NCBI GenBank assembly: GCA_030324005.1
Contig: JARDVH010000106.1
Coordinates: 54,251,894-54,315,893, forward strand
Source of the DNA: Negaprion brevirostris
Lineage: Eukaryota
Reading direction: 5' to 3'
DNA length: 64,000 nt
The notes beneath the pieces are model-generated. The model saw only the letters and a list, made by a program, of their open reading frames with translations. It did no database searches and had not been told where the DNA came from. The position numbers and the translations under genes are program-made. Shown here piece by piece: positions 49,174 through 62,468 of the stretch (positions are counted from its first letter, which is position 1; every line of letters starts with the position of its first letter).

Positions 49174-52069
49174 NNNNNNNNNNNNNNNNNNNNNNNNNNN
49201 NNNNNNNNNNNNNNNNNNNNNNNNNNNNNNNNNNNNNNNNNNNNNNNNNNNNNNNNNNNNNNNNNNNNNNNNNTTGTCAAAATTCAAGGACTATGTGCAG
49301 ACTTGAAATTGATCGTTTTTTAACAGAGCCAATTTCAGTTTATCTGCCTCATGATTTCTGGGTGAGCAATTCAAATTGTATGGAAAATTATCTTCAAAAT
49401 GTTGTCAATCCCCTTTCACAGATACTACACCATGGGTGGAACATAAGCTGGCAAGAACTTTCAGTCAGATTTGAAGAGCTTTGTGTTACACTCTGGCTAA
49501 CAGATTGGTGGCTCAAACCAATGTTTTGAGATTGAAAGAATCTATTGCATGTCAAGTGTTTGGATTGAATATTGAGTTACTGGTTGATCCTTTCTAATCT
49601 GTACATTTCATAGTTACACTTTGACAGCAAAGTGTTTCTGCCAAGTTATACTTAGATGGTCACATAACATGGCAGACATGTGCATGTTTATTGTTTATCT
49701 GCATGACAAGTTAATCTGGGTGTTTTTCTCTCAAGTTTGTACCAATGCTATATTTGAGACTTAACCCTAAACTGACTGTCCAAAGCAAAGTGGAGTGAGG
49801 CTCCACCATCTCGGAATTATCCATGCAATTCACTGTAGTGTTGGATCGACTTTGAATTCAGATTGCAATTACACTGTAACTGAACCTTGATGCAAAGTGA
49901 GACAACTTCACGTGGATGCTATAATTATAATGCAAATACTTGTTTCGATGGAGAGGAAAAAAACTGACTGCTGGTGTAAAATTAGTATTTCTTGACTCTG
50001 AAGGGTTGTCAGATTCAAAAATCCTAGAATTATATTTTCACGGCAAAAATCCTGCCAAAACGATAGAAACACAGCTGCGTATGGCTGTGATGAAATCACA
50101 GTGTTCTTACTGAACAAGATATCTGCTAATTCTGACTTAGATTGATGTCCTGAGGTTAGAAAAGATGTCAAAGACTCAATAAAATCCATTTTGTGCTGCA
50201 AATCCATCAATATTCAATTGAAAATAGTAATTTGTAGCTTGTGTTTACTCACCCAATACTTAACAATATGCCCATCAAACACACCACCCAGTCTGGTAAT
50301 TTAAATAATTTTAGTCAGGTTCTTTTTTTGGCTAAAATTTGAATCATGGTAACAGAAAAAGGTCAGAGCTTGTAGCAACCTTGTGACTGTCTCCTGCAAC
50401 TCTACAAGTACTTCTGTGCTCTAGCCAGCATTGAATTTATCACCGACGGGATGATTTTTGTCTTGGAGCCAGGACTGACTGCAATTTTAACCTGTTCAGC
50501 TGAAAAATTGGCAGATGATACCACTGAGGCTCAATTGCTATTATTATTCATAGGCAATCTGAACAGAAATTGAGTGGGTTTCCTGTCAGGTCTGTCCAAT
50601 CAGGAAGCAGATCATGGCAATAGCACCAAAAGTTATGGCACTGTCATTGCCTACTGTCAACAGACAGCCTGTGCCACTTCCCTTTAACTTTTCTCATAGA
50701 ATGAGAATCAGCCAGTGTCCTTTTAATTAAGGCCCAACCATTAAAATGGACCTTAGCTGGATTTCTCCATCTCATACACCCTGCCACCGCTGCCAATGAG
50801 AGCAGGGAATTTGGCGCTTGGCCAAAGCTTCATTCACATGAATCAGAGAAGCTAAGACAGTTCATAAGTCTACACACTCTCATGGGAGCAATTTTAAGTC
50901 CGCATTAGCCGTGCACAGGATTGCTGACACGGGCACAGAATCTGGCCAGGTATGGAAAATGCAAATTTTGCCAGTGAGATTGTGATTTCCGATTTTCAAC
51001 GTCTTCACTGATGGAGTAACGTGAAAAACATCACGGATCCTGGGAACCTCACTTTAGTACATTAGCATGTTATTAATGAGTACTCAATCCGGCACTTCCC
51101 CCTAACTGAATGTTCAATGAGTTTGTAGCAGCTTTATAAGAATGTGAACTTGGCAATAGGGGAAGGGGATATTGGAGGTGAGCGCTCAGATCACCCTTAC
51201 ATTCATGGTGCCTGTTGCAGAAGAAGAAATGAAGAGGACGTGAGGAACCCAGATAAATTCAAGTCAGGGTTCAGAAGAGTGATGTTGCAAGGGTTGGGGG
51301 GGTGGTGGGGTCACTCACAAGCCATACCTTCCCTTCATGTCGGGGCACATCTGGGTATAAAAAGGTCTGGTGGCTGGCATGCAGGCATCTCCTCATATGT
51401 CCTTCTTGCTGGATCTGTGTTGCTATCGATGCTGAGAGCCTTTCCAAAGTCGGAGCTGGAAAGCAGGTGGGAGGAGGCACTGGGGGCGATGTGAAGTTCT
51501 TGGGAGGGGTTCCATGAGAGGCCAGGCTGCAAGGTCAGAATGGGTGACTCAGAAAAGGCATGCCTCCCTGTCTCATGAGGTGTGAAGACTTTTTCACTTG
51601 GGCGAAGAATGACTGCTGTGAGATTTTAAACCCACACTGAGATAGCAGTGAAGCCAAAGGGGATAAGCTGCTGGAAGTTCAAGCTCATTGCCTATGGAGG
51701 TTTGACTGTCAGGGATTAGTGTCAGGAGAGAAGGGTGCAACAGTTGGATGGCTCCTTTCTTCTGCAGTCCTTGAGCTCGGGGAATGAGGGAGCCCTCCAA
51801 GGATGAGATTGACAATCTAATTGCTGTCTTCACACAATTAGATGTGCCTTGCTTTCCACAGGGGAAAGCTGGTTGCCTGATCAGTCCCCTGGCCTTTCCT
51901 TGAGCCATTTGTGCCAAATAAGTCAGCATAGCAATACAAAGTGTGTCACTGATTGGAGTTGAGTTCTTAGCCCTTTTCCCCTCAGTTTGTTTAATTGTTT
52001 ACCAAGAAAAAAAGTAGGGAACCGTTGGTTCCAAGCATTGAACTCCAAGAAAACTCCAAAACTCATTCT

Positions 52070-52262
52070 TTGGTGGATTGGCCATGCTAAATAGCCCCTT
52101 AGTATCCAAAGATGTGTAGGTTTGGGTTGATTAGCCATGGTAAACGCACAATTTATGTGGATAGGGCAGGGGGCGGGGGTGCATCTGAGTGAGATGCTCT
52201 TTCAGAGACTCAGTGCAGATTCAATGGGCCAAATGGTTTTCTGAACTGTAGGGATCTATGAA
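52070..52262 (+). mobile_element. V-SINE 3' part (CR1-type tail)
   Basis: ggtggattggccatgctaaatagccccttagtatccaaagatgtg...gtgcagattcaatgggccaaatgg...ctgtagggatctatg. Confidence 0.75.
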
Positions 52263-53039
52263 TTGTATACTAACATCGACATTGGAGAGATGACAAATGT
52301 GGACCCCAATGCAAGACATTATGAAATTTGTCCTCACTGAACCCATTCCAAAGTGGTGATAGAGGTCATTATAGAGGTCTGCCATGAGGTTACAATACTG
52401 GCCTCTTGCATGCGTTTAACTTCTCTAATACCGCATGCTTATGGATGTGAATGGTTGGGGCTGTGGTTCCACTGAGCTTCTCAGCACGGGGAGCCTGTGC
52501 CTGCCGTGAGTCTGTACTGCATCACCCGTGTGGAAGCTGGCAGAAACATAGCAATTCATCGGATTGAAGCATCAAGTGTGCACAGGAGTTTGCAGAGCAT
52601 GGTGCCGTGAAATGACAGGTTGGAGGATCTGTATGGATGAACAAAATGATTTTAAATTTTAGAGCAGTACTACAAACCTTGGGGTGGGGGAATGTTCAAT
52701 GCACTGAAATAAAGTAACTAAGGAAGCTCAATTAGGACTCGGACAGCAAGGTAAAGTCAGTGTTTTATTAATGCAAATTTCAATGTTATTTGATTTTTTA
52801 AATTTGAAGCAATAACCGTGAACAGCTGTCCCATTTTACACTGATGCCTTTGATCTTTGATTTCTCATGAAAGAACACTGAGGTAGATTTTCCTTTCTTT
52901 TACTCGGGATGGATGCACTTTAATTGAAATGGTTCTCCACTCAATTGGAAATGAGAGTTACTTACAACTAAATTTATACTTTAAGTCAGCCAATGATTGC
53001 AATCATTCGTGAATTTTATTGATAGTGACAATTAAAAGT

Positions 53040-54495
53040 ACCAGGCAATGGTTATCTCCCCTTGACAATCAGTGGCATTACCATTACTAAATCCCCCAGC
53101 ATCAATGTTCTAGGGATTATCACTGACCAGAAACTTTAACTGAACCATAAATACTGTGGCTACAAGAGGAAATCAGAGGCTGCAGCATGTAACTCACCTC
53201 CTGATTCCCAGAGCCTGTCCAGAATCTACAAGTATTAGGATGCCCGACCAGAACCCCAAGTTAAAGTAGGACACCAGGCTAGACCCCAACAATTTTCTTT
53301 TTAATTTGGCATAAATGTGAGGATAGGATGCTTTGTTCTAGGGGAAATCCACTGATAAATTAGATACATTTTATAATAAAACAAACTTTTATTTAATCGT
53401 TTATAGTTATAGTTTAACTATAACTCTAACAAATGGAACAGATTAACTATTAACAATTCAATGGTACTTTAAAAGTGAAAGGGAACAATTTTAACTTATC
53501 ACTGTTTCAGTTCCAAATAAGCAACGTTCCTCTTACAGACTTACAATGCCACTTTAAATAATTATCAGCCATAAATATGCTTGCTGTATTGAATATAAAC
53601 AGTCTTGAAGCTTTCAGAAAGAGAATGAGTTTCAGCACAGCTTGTAGACCTCTGGCTTCAAACAAACCCTGAACAGAATTGAGAAGTTGTTTCTTTCTGC
53701 TACAGACCTAGCACCTTCCATTTACCACATCATCATATGATCCTACCTAAACCTACATTCCATTCTTTTAATCAAAAACCCCGGCGCCCTCTTTTTGTAA
53801 ACAAAAGACCATTAGCTCTATCATGTAGCTCAAACACTACATGGCTAAAATGAGTAATTATCCTGCCCTCTCAGCATCTGAACTAAATGTTTTCCGAACA
53901 TACCAACTACCTGCAACAAAGAGCTGAATTTTAAACATTAAACATTCTCTTTAAACAGAACAATAGCACATGATCATCAGACAAGACACACGTCAGGATT
54001 GTGATAGAATACTCCACAGTTGCCTGCGTGAGTGAAGCTCCAAAACACTTAAGTATCTTGATCCAATCAACACAAAGCAGCCCACATGATTGGCACCTAT
54101 CCACCACTAAATATTCACCTATACCAGGAAAACACAGTTAAAATAGTATCACCAGCAAAATGCACTACAGCAATTTGTCAAGCCTCCTCGGACAGCACTT
54201 TCCAAACCTGTGATCTCTACAATCTTGAGGGACAAAGGCAGCAGATGCATGAGAACAATATGATGGCAAGTTCCCCTCTGAGCCACACAGTACCCTGACT
54301 TGGAAATATACCACTGCTCCTTCAATGTTGCTGGGTCAAGATCATGCAACTCCCTCCTTTACAGCTGTGCAGATGTTCGTAAATCACATGGACTGCAACA
54401 GTTCAAGGCAGCAGCTCACTATCACCTTCTCAAGAGCAAAGAGGGATGAGCAATAATTGCTGGATTTGCCGGTGATGATCAAATCCATGAACGTA
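53040..54495 (+). mobile_element. Second LINE family 3' end, interrupted by an LTR-like insert
   Basis: 'INVLGIITDQKL', then 'SRIYK|THVRIVIEYSTVACVSEAPKHL'; tail caccttctcaagagcaaagagggatgagcaataa. Confidence 0.75.
53233..53980. mobile_element. Solo-LTR-like insertion
   Basis: Interrupts the LINE cleanly, with direct repeat ACAAG at 53228-53232 and 53981-53985. The ends (tattagg / catcag) are decayed relative to TG..CA. Confidence 0.65.
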
Positions 54496-54929
54496 CACAG
54501 GAAACCACTGAGTATTGTTTTGTAGCAGTGAATTGATACCGGTGGAAAGTGTTATTCTTACTGCCTTCAGCTCTGTTAGTCTCCAAAGTGATTTATGTGT
54601 TCAAATTAAGTAGCTGTTACAAGAAGTTGCAATTTAATTTATTGTCTATCTCCAGAGACTAGCTGCATGAATCTCAAGTTAATTATACATTGTTAGTGTG
54701 GGTTGAGATGCATGAACCCATTCGAGCTTCATTTATTAAATATATTAAATATAATTTATTGTTTTTATTTTGGTGCAGAACTATTCAACTAATGTTTCTT
54801 AAGGTATGATTTTGTTTTAAACTGGGATCTTTCACTGCCCACTTTGCTGTTTGTAATTAATTCCTTGAGCTGTGAATCTCCTCCATCTAGAGACTGCAAA
54901 TGTGAGGAGGAGGCAACCTGCCCCAAGCC

Positions 54930-55330
54930 TTTGCCAATGCCCTTCCTCAACTAGCTGCCAGCAACCATGTAAAAGTGCCTTTAATTTCAGCCTGGCAATT
55001 GTTCCCCTCTCATCTCTGGCTTCTACAACTTATCCTTGGCATCACATGGAAAGACAAAGTCACTAATATAATCGTCCTTTATAGAGCAAACACACCAAGC
55101 ATGCTGGTGCTAATTAAGCAAAGGCTTTGTTGGATTGGCCAATGGCATAGAATGGGTGATGTCTGCATCCCCAGGCCCCAAGGAAATATGATATCAGGAG
55201 TTAGCCTTACCAAGCAACCAGCAAGGTGCTGTCAAAAGGGACATGAGATCCCTCAACATCAATCATGGCAAGGAAGAAACTCTAGCTGATGATTGATGCA
55301 AATGAAGATACCAGATATGGACAGGAGTTT
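54930..55330 (+). mobile_element. RTE-clade LINE 3' fragment
   Basis: 'ILGITWKDKVTNIIVLYRANTPSMLVLIKQRLCWIGQWHRMGDVCIPR'. Confidence 0.8.
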
Positions 55331-57749
55331 GCCACCACAATAATGTGATTTCAAAAGCTCCAAAGCAGTCACTAGCCCTCCCAATAAGTCATCAGCACAG
55401 AGCAACCCACACCACTGGCAAGGGACAACTCGTATGTGGCACTTGTGATTGAACTTGCCTTTTCAGAAGGGCAGTAGATGATTACCAAAGTTCAGAAGTT
55501 GCACTCATGTCTGACAAATGGAAGAATAGCAATCATTTTTGCCCCTCCCCCAACATGTACACCAACCATGCCCATCCCATAACCATTCAACTTCATAACT
55601 TCCCTGCAACTGAGATTAAATGTCCCTTTAGAGGTATCAAAGATTGGCCAATTGCTCCTGATGTACACATAATTAGTCTTTGGATGTGCTTATAATGGCC
55701 ATTGATTGGACTGAAAATACATCTTGTGATTCTCCAAATTGGTGACCATTATCAAAGACATGTTTATTAATAGCAGGAGATTTCCTTTGGTATTGATGAA
55801 TTGACTTGAATATGCACTGTTTCTTAATGATGACAGTGTTATGCCACATAACTGTGCATTATTCTGCTGCTAAAGTGGAGCTCAGTGTAAAGCGGACAAT
55901 TCTTAAGATACCTGGCTGAATTTTCAAAGAGGTTTGGGGTCAGGGTTGAAAGTAGGCTGGCCTGACGCTGTTGTCTGTCACGTCAATGTGATGGCATGAT
56001 CTTGACCTCAAGTCATTCAGAAAAGTTAGGTCAACCATGAATAGCTATCTGCAGCTTGCTAATGGGAGGTCAATTTAGATCAATTTCATCAAATTAAATG
56101 ACCTATAAATACTCTGATATCTGTTGGCATTGCAGGCAACCCACTTCAGCCTGGAACACATAAAGGCTAATGTGGTGGACTCAAATCCGGAAAGTGAGAG
56201 GACATGCCTGAACTTGTGAGGGATCCTTCTACCCTTGTAATTGACACTGGGCCAGAGTGGCAGCCAATAGTTGGCTTGTGGAGGAGTAGCCCCTCCAGGG
56301 CTCTCCCTCTCTTCATCTTCAGATTGGCAGCTCCCACCTTGACCAGTAGGGTTGTCGATATGCCAGTGCTGGAGCTCACCTGTCGTCCCTAACGGGATGA
56401 CCTTCAATTGTTTGTTTCTCTAAAAATGGATACTTCCTTTACAAAATAGCCATGTAAGTGTCCGGAACTGTACCAAAGTTGGAACCTGGAACTGGTCTCC
56501 ATACTGAGCTCCCAACACCAAAAGGAAGGTTCAACCCACAGACTCCCTGCAGAGTCACATGCTTAGGTCAGCAGGTTCATTCTTATGCACTGCCTAAGGA
56601 TAATGGGAAAGACCATTCTTTCCTTATGAATTGAAAACTGCTGATTCATTCCTCAATCCTTCAAAAGGTTAGAAAAATATCAGGAAATAATTGGCAACAT
56701 TTTCATTTTAAATTTAAAGGGGTGAATCTTGTAGGGGTCTGGGAGCGTATTACTTGGCACTCAGTAATGGCCATTGCTGGCACTATAAGCAGTCCCACGT
56801 GGGAATCCATGGATGTTGGACTTAACGGGTGAGTTCAGGATTTTTGATCAGGGAGGCATCAGGAATACTAGGGGTGGCGGGGGGTGGGGAGGGTTGTGGG
56901 TGGGAAGGGAAAGTGGCTGAGGGGTGTTGGGAACTGGAGATCTGGCTTAGAGGGACGAAATGAGGTACTACTAGGATGTACACTCCTTTCTTCCTGCCTT
57001 TCAGCCCCATCACTTAGCGGGTTAATAAAAGTTTCTCACATGAAATGCAAATTATGTCCACAGTTTATTTCACATCATTGATACTCAATTCAGGGTCTGG
57101 ATGTTATAAAAGCCCTGGTTATGACATTGGCAGTAGAGCACACTGAATGAAGGCTCTCACTACACACACACGGAGATGTCTTGGCTACCCCAGCCAAGAG
57201 TTAGGAATCAGTATGCGGGAGCAGATTGTCGCAAACTTAAAGAAAAGAGTTGCAGACCACATCAGTTGGATTTGGTTTAGTCTCAGTTTCTTGGTTCTTC
57301 CAAGAAAGAGAATAAAATCAGTTTTTGGTTAATATTCTGTTTAATGTCAGGACAGCATTGGCACTGACCAATAGAACCCACCACTAACCAGATCAGACCA
57401 TGGAGAAAGCGAGTGATGACTTGAAGACAACCATGTTCAATCCATCCTATTTGATGGACCTGGCAGGAAAATTCCTTATTAAGCAATCATCAGCAGCACC
57501 CGTTCTCTCTCTCTCTCTCTTCCCCGCCACCTCCAGGGTGAACCTGGAATCCCAGTCTGGGGGCTAAATGGCCATTAACACTGAAAAACCTGGAATCATT
57601 TTATGCTTTGAATGTCTGCAAGACCTTAAATTCTATCTAATATTTCTTTTTAATTAGCATATGATTTATACAAATACATAACAACATCTCGTATGCATGT
57701 TTAAGGAAGTTTGATATCTAGGGTGCATCTGTGTCAGTCTTACTTTAGT

Positions 57750-57844
57750 GCCAGAATTTTACCGCCTCACCTGCCCGAGGCTCGTAAGATCCCACCTGAG
57801 ACCAAAAGAGAATGCCGTTCTGCAAGTGGCAGTAAAATTCCAGC
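57750..57844. mobile_element. 95-bp MITE-like element
   Basis: TIRs GCCAGAATTTTACCGCC / GGCAGTAAAATTCCAGC (14/17 complementary). Confidence 0.6.
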
Positions 57845-58429
57845 TAGCCAAGCTGTCACATTTTGACAGGAACTGATGTTCCCCACCTCAACCGCCAGCA
57901 TATTTGCTCATGTTTTTCAACATTATTCACATTGTACTTCAACTAGAAGCAGAAACAGGGAGTGTGATTTATTTACTTGGGACGTTATCTGTATCCTGCA
58001 GACAGAATCTACTTTCTGTGTATGTAAGAGAAAGAAAGAGGAGTTTGTATAGTGCTCATTAGGATTTCAAAGAGGAGCTGGGGGATACCAAATAACAATA
58101 CCCAGGAAACTTAGGTATATCTCTCACTAGAGATCTGTGGCAGATATATCGCAATAGTGATGTAAATCACACTGAAGAAATGCTGCATCATAATTTAACA
58201 GTGGCTTGCTAGAATATAATAACACAGTTTATTGCTATGTTAATAGTACAGTTATCCCTTCATACAATGCATTATTTTTGGAACACTATTTCTGACACAC
58301 TGCTTCTTTTCTGAAGATACTCTGAAAATTTGTATTTTGTCTCCTTTAACTTTCAAAAAATAGACAGGTAGCTGTTCATGATCAGTTAGTCCCTGCACCC
58401 ACATGCCTTGCTTTGTTGTCTTCATGAAT

Positions 58430-58740
58430 GGCATAACGAGTGGCAAAATTTATGAAGGGTTTGGGTAAGAGTGAATGAGGAGACACTTTATGTTATGTGG
58501 GGCTTGTTAAATAGAGGGCAAAGATTTAAGATAAGGAACCAGAAAGATGATGAAGAGAATTGTTTTAAGCAGTGTGTGTTGTGATGTGGAATGCATGCCT
58601 GAAAGGATGGGGGAAACATTCACTAATAACACTCTGAAGAGAATTTCATATATATCTGAAACAGAAATAATTGCAGGACCATGGGGAAAGAGAGGGGACG
58701 TGGGAGTAATCCACAGACATGATACTGCTTTCTGTGCTGC
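58430..58740 (+). mobile_element. Old CR1 3' fragment
   Basis: 'KIYEGFG', 'RGQRFKI', and gtggaatgcatgcctgaaagg (WNA.PE). Confidence 0.5.
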
Positions 58741-59289
58741 AAAATTCTTGGTTTGATCTGAGAACGGGATGTGGGAATCAAATGCTACCAAGGAAATGCA
58801 CTCATCCAGATGCATCCTTTCCCGATATGGGTGAGTGGTAGCTATGTGAGCCTCTCAAGCTATGTTCCAAAGTGATGGAACCAGCAGCACACTAACCGCC
58901 ACCAAGAAGAGTGAATGGGGAATAAATTGTATGGAAATTCTCAGCTGGACAGACAGCATCTGTAGACAAAGAAACCAGAGGTAACTTTTCAGGTCAATGA
59001 TCTTTCATTACAGCCCTGGAAGCGAGTACATCCACAACTAAGAGGTGTTGATGTCCGATTGCACTGCATTCCCAGCGTCTGGGAAGGACCAATTCTGATG
59101 TATGGAATCGTGGATGAAACAGGATAGGAGGAAGGCAGGAGGAGTTCTTTAAAAGAACTATATATTAGTCCTACTCACCAATCCTTTCTCTTAGCCCTAC
59201 AATTTTTTCCTTTCAAATATTTACCCGATATCTTTTGGAAATTCATTTTGACCTCTCAGGAACTTCATAAGCTTGAGATCAAAGTGCTG

Positions 59290-59570
59290 CTCCTTGTGGC
59301 CTAAGTCACACCACATTCCATTCATTCATTACCAGTGCTTACTGATCCACATTAGCTCTTGCAAAAGCACTTTTGTCTGTAAATTTTCATCTTCATTTTC
59401 AATCCATCCATGGTTTACCACTTTTAACATACTATAAACCTAGAAACCTCCAAAATAGTTGTGATTCTCTAATTCTGGCCTCTTGTGTATCCCTATTTTA
59501 ATAGTTCAATTGATGGGCATGCTTTCAGCTGCCAAGATCCTAAACAGTGGATTGCTCCCTACATCACTCC
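59290..59570 (+). mobile_element. L2-clade LINE 3' fragment
   Basis: 'PVLTDPH*L', 'IFNPSMV' region, 'DGHAFSCQDPKQWIAP' resemble L2 ITPVL..LHWLP ... GGRAFS..GP.LWNSLP. Confidence 0.55.
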
Positions 59571-60689
59571 NNNNNNNNNNNNNNNNNNNNNNNNNNNNNN
59601 NNNNNNNNNNNNNNNNNNNNNNNNNNNNNNNNNNNNNNNNNNNNNNNNNNNNNNNNNNNNNNNNNNNNNNNNNNNNNNNNNNNNNNNNNNNNNNNNNNNN
59701 NNNNNNNNNNNNNNNNNNNNNNNNNNNNNNNNNNNNNNNNNNNNNNNNNNNNNNNNNNNNNNNNNNNNNNNNNNNNNNNNNNNNNNNNNNNNNNNNNNNN
59801 NNNNNNNNNNNNNNNNNNNNNNNNNNNNNNNNNNNNNNNNNNNNNNNNNNNNNNNNNNNNNNNNNNNNNNNNNNNNNAATGTTGGTGCAGACTCGATAGG
59901 CTGAATGGTCTCTTTCTGCACTGTAGGGATTCTATGAAATTACACTTTCCTCACTGTTGCAGCACTATGGTCTTTTATCTCCCATTTCCTCGACCTGTAC
60001 TGCAGACTGACTACTGTGCTCAAACCAAACTGACTTCTTTGCTTCCCAAATTAAAAGTTTTGCTGTTTCACTACTTGAAAAACCAAAATAATCAGTATAT
60101 GAGACTTTGAAATGGAAATGAATTACATACAAACACACTGTACATGCTCTCTAATCCCAATTCAGCTGTCGATTGTACTACTGCACAAGCATTTGATCTG
60201 GGTTCAGTAAACCAAAGTATAGAAGACTGCCCAGTCACCATGCGAGATTACAGCTACACCTGAAGTTAGAGATGGACCTCCATCAGAAGCAACACAATAG
60301 TTATATATTGCAATTATCCATTTCTACACTGGCAGGCCTAGGGAAGGCATTCGTTGGCCTGTTTCATGCATTATATCTTTCCCATGGAACACGTTCCAAA
60401 GCTAGCAAGAGACACAAGTCAACAACGGTGAATAGTACTTGCCTCGTGGAAGACATAATCCTCCAGACTGGAAAATGGAGACTTTATGCACTGCATCACG
60501 CAGGCATCCCAGGCTTCAAAAAAAGCAGCAAGGTGAGCCAAGACTTGGTGAGGCAGGTCATCAAAGTTCATCATTCCTGAAAAACAAAATAAAGACTTCT
60601 TTACAATTTCAAAAAGTTCTTATTTTCCTTGCATGTAGTCATCCTTGCGATTATTTGTATGGAACCACTTATACATCAATTAACACGAG

Positions 60690-60936
60690 AGGATTTGTCT
60701 GTGTGGAGTTTGCACGCTCTCCCCATGTCTGCTTGAGTTTCCTCCAAATGCTCTGGATTACTCCCACAATTCAAAGATGTGCAGGTTATGTAGATTGGCT
60801 ATGTTAAACTGCCCCTTAGTGTCAGGGGGTCTAGCTAGGGTATGCATGGGATTATGGGAGCGGGGCTTGGGTGGGTTTGTAGTTAGTGCAGACCAAATGG
60901 GCCGAATAGCCTCCTGCTACACTATATGATTCTATG
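60690..60936 (+). mobile_element. V-SINE lacking head (CR1-type tail); a similar tail lies at 59878-59937
   Basis: tgtctgtgtggagtttgcacgctctccccatgtctgc...aaagatgtgcaggtt...gccccttagtgtcagggg...gtgcagacc..atgggccgaatagcc...gattctatg. Confidence 0.85.
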
Positions 60937-61714
60937 GTTAATTAGCTAGTTTTAGATAGCAAATTACATTCTATATTAACAGCTGCTGAAGCATTACTTA
61001 AAGATTCACTTCCAGGTGTCACAGCAATTGTCAGGCAAACAGGAATTGACAATGTGATTGCTTCTTCTGTTATTACTCCCAAGTGCCAGGGTTGACATAA
61101 ACAGATCAAAAAAATGAAACTGGCTGTCTTATGGATAGAAGAATTTCCTTGCCTGATTTTATCAGTTCACTGGACACACATTTGAAATCAATAAAGCAAA
61201 CTTACTTAATGCTAAAAATGGAGAAAACATGTTATGGAACACAAGGTCATTTCTCTGTTGACAGGAGTTCTTGTCTGGTTACCTTTCTGGAATGCAATGG
61301 ATACCCTTAAAGCACTCCTCCTGCCCGATTTCTTTGCAGCATCAGAAGCCAACAATGCTTTCTCCATGTATCCTCTTTCCTCTCTGTCCATCAGAAGTGC
61401 CAGCCTATAAAAGCAAACCATAATGAGCATGGAACTGTCTATGTGCAGAATCAGAGCAAGCATAGAGCACTGTCAATTCATAAAATCTCAAAGACACATT
61501 AAAAGTTCAACATGTCTCAGAATGCCCAAAGCAGAGTAGATACATTTCATGAATGGTTAGGTGAGTTTTTTCATGCTGCATGATATTGAGCTTCTCAGGC
61601 AATTGGAGTTGCACTTATCCAGGCAAGGAGAGAACATTCCACCACAGGCAATGGAGATGGTAGACAGGCTTTGAGGAGACATAGAAGAAGAAGTCACAAG
61701 TTGCACTGATGATA

Positions 61715-62468
61715 TCCCTACTACTAGGCCTACCTATAACCCTCAATTTTATTAAGTCCCATGTACTCATCCAGAAGTCTCTTAAAAAGACCCTATCGAA
61801 TTTGCCTCCATCACCACCGATGGCAGCCTATTCCACTCACCCACTACCCTCCGAGTGAAAACCTGTATCTACTCCCCAACACCTTAAACCTGTGTCCTCT
61901 CGTAGCAACCATTCCAGCCCTGGGAAAAAGCCTTTGGAGAATCCAACCAATCTATACCTCTCAACATCTAATGCACTTCTATCAGGTCACCTCTCATCCT
62001 TTGTCTCTCCAAGGAGAATAGACCGAGCTCCCTCAACCTATCCTCAAAAGGCACGCCATCCAATCCAGGCAACATTCTTGCAAATCTCCTCTGCACCCTT
62101 TCAATAGGTTCCACATCCCTCCTGTAATGAGACAACCAGAACTGAGCACAGTACTCCAAGAGGGGTCTGACTAGGGTCTTATAAAGCTGCAGCATTATCT
62201 TCCAACTCCTAAACTCAATCCCTCGATTGATGAAGGCCAGTACACCATATGCCTTCTTAACCACATTCTCTACCTGCGAGGCTGATTTAAGAGTCCTATG
62301 GACGTGGACCCCAAGGTCCTTCTGATCCTCTATACTGCTAAGACTCTTACCCTTGATATTATACTCCTTCATTTGACCTGCCAAAATGGACCACTACACA
62401 TTTATCCGGGTTGAAGTCCATCTGCCACTTCTCCACCCAGCCTTGCATCCTATCTATGTCACGCTGCA
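61715..62468 (-). mobile_element. CR1 LINE 3' fragment
   Basis: ORF 61968..62384 'QKDLGVHVHRTLK...LYKTLVRPLLEYCAQFW...ERVQRRFARMLPGL...RMRGDLIEV'. Confidence 0.92.
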
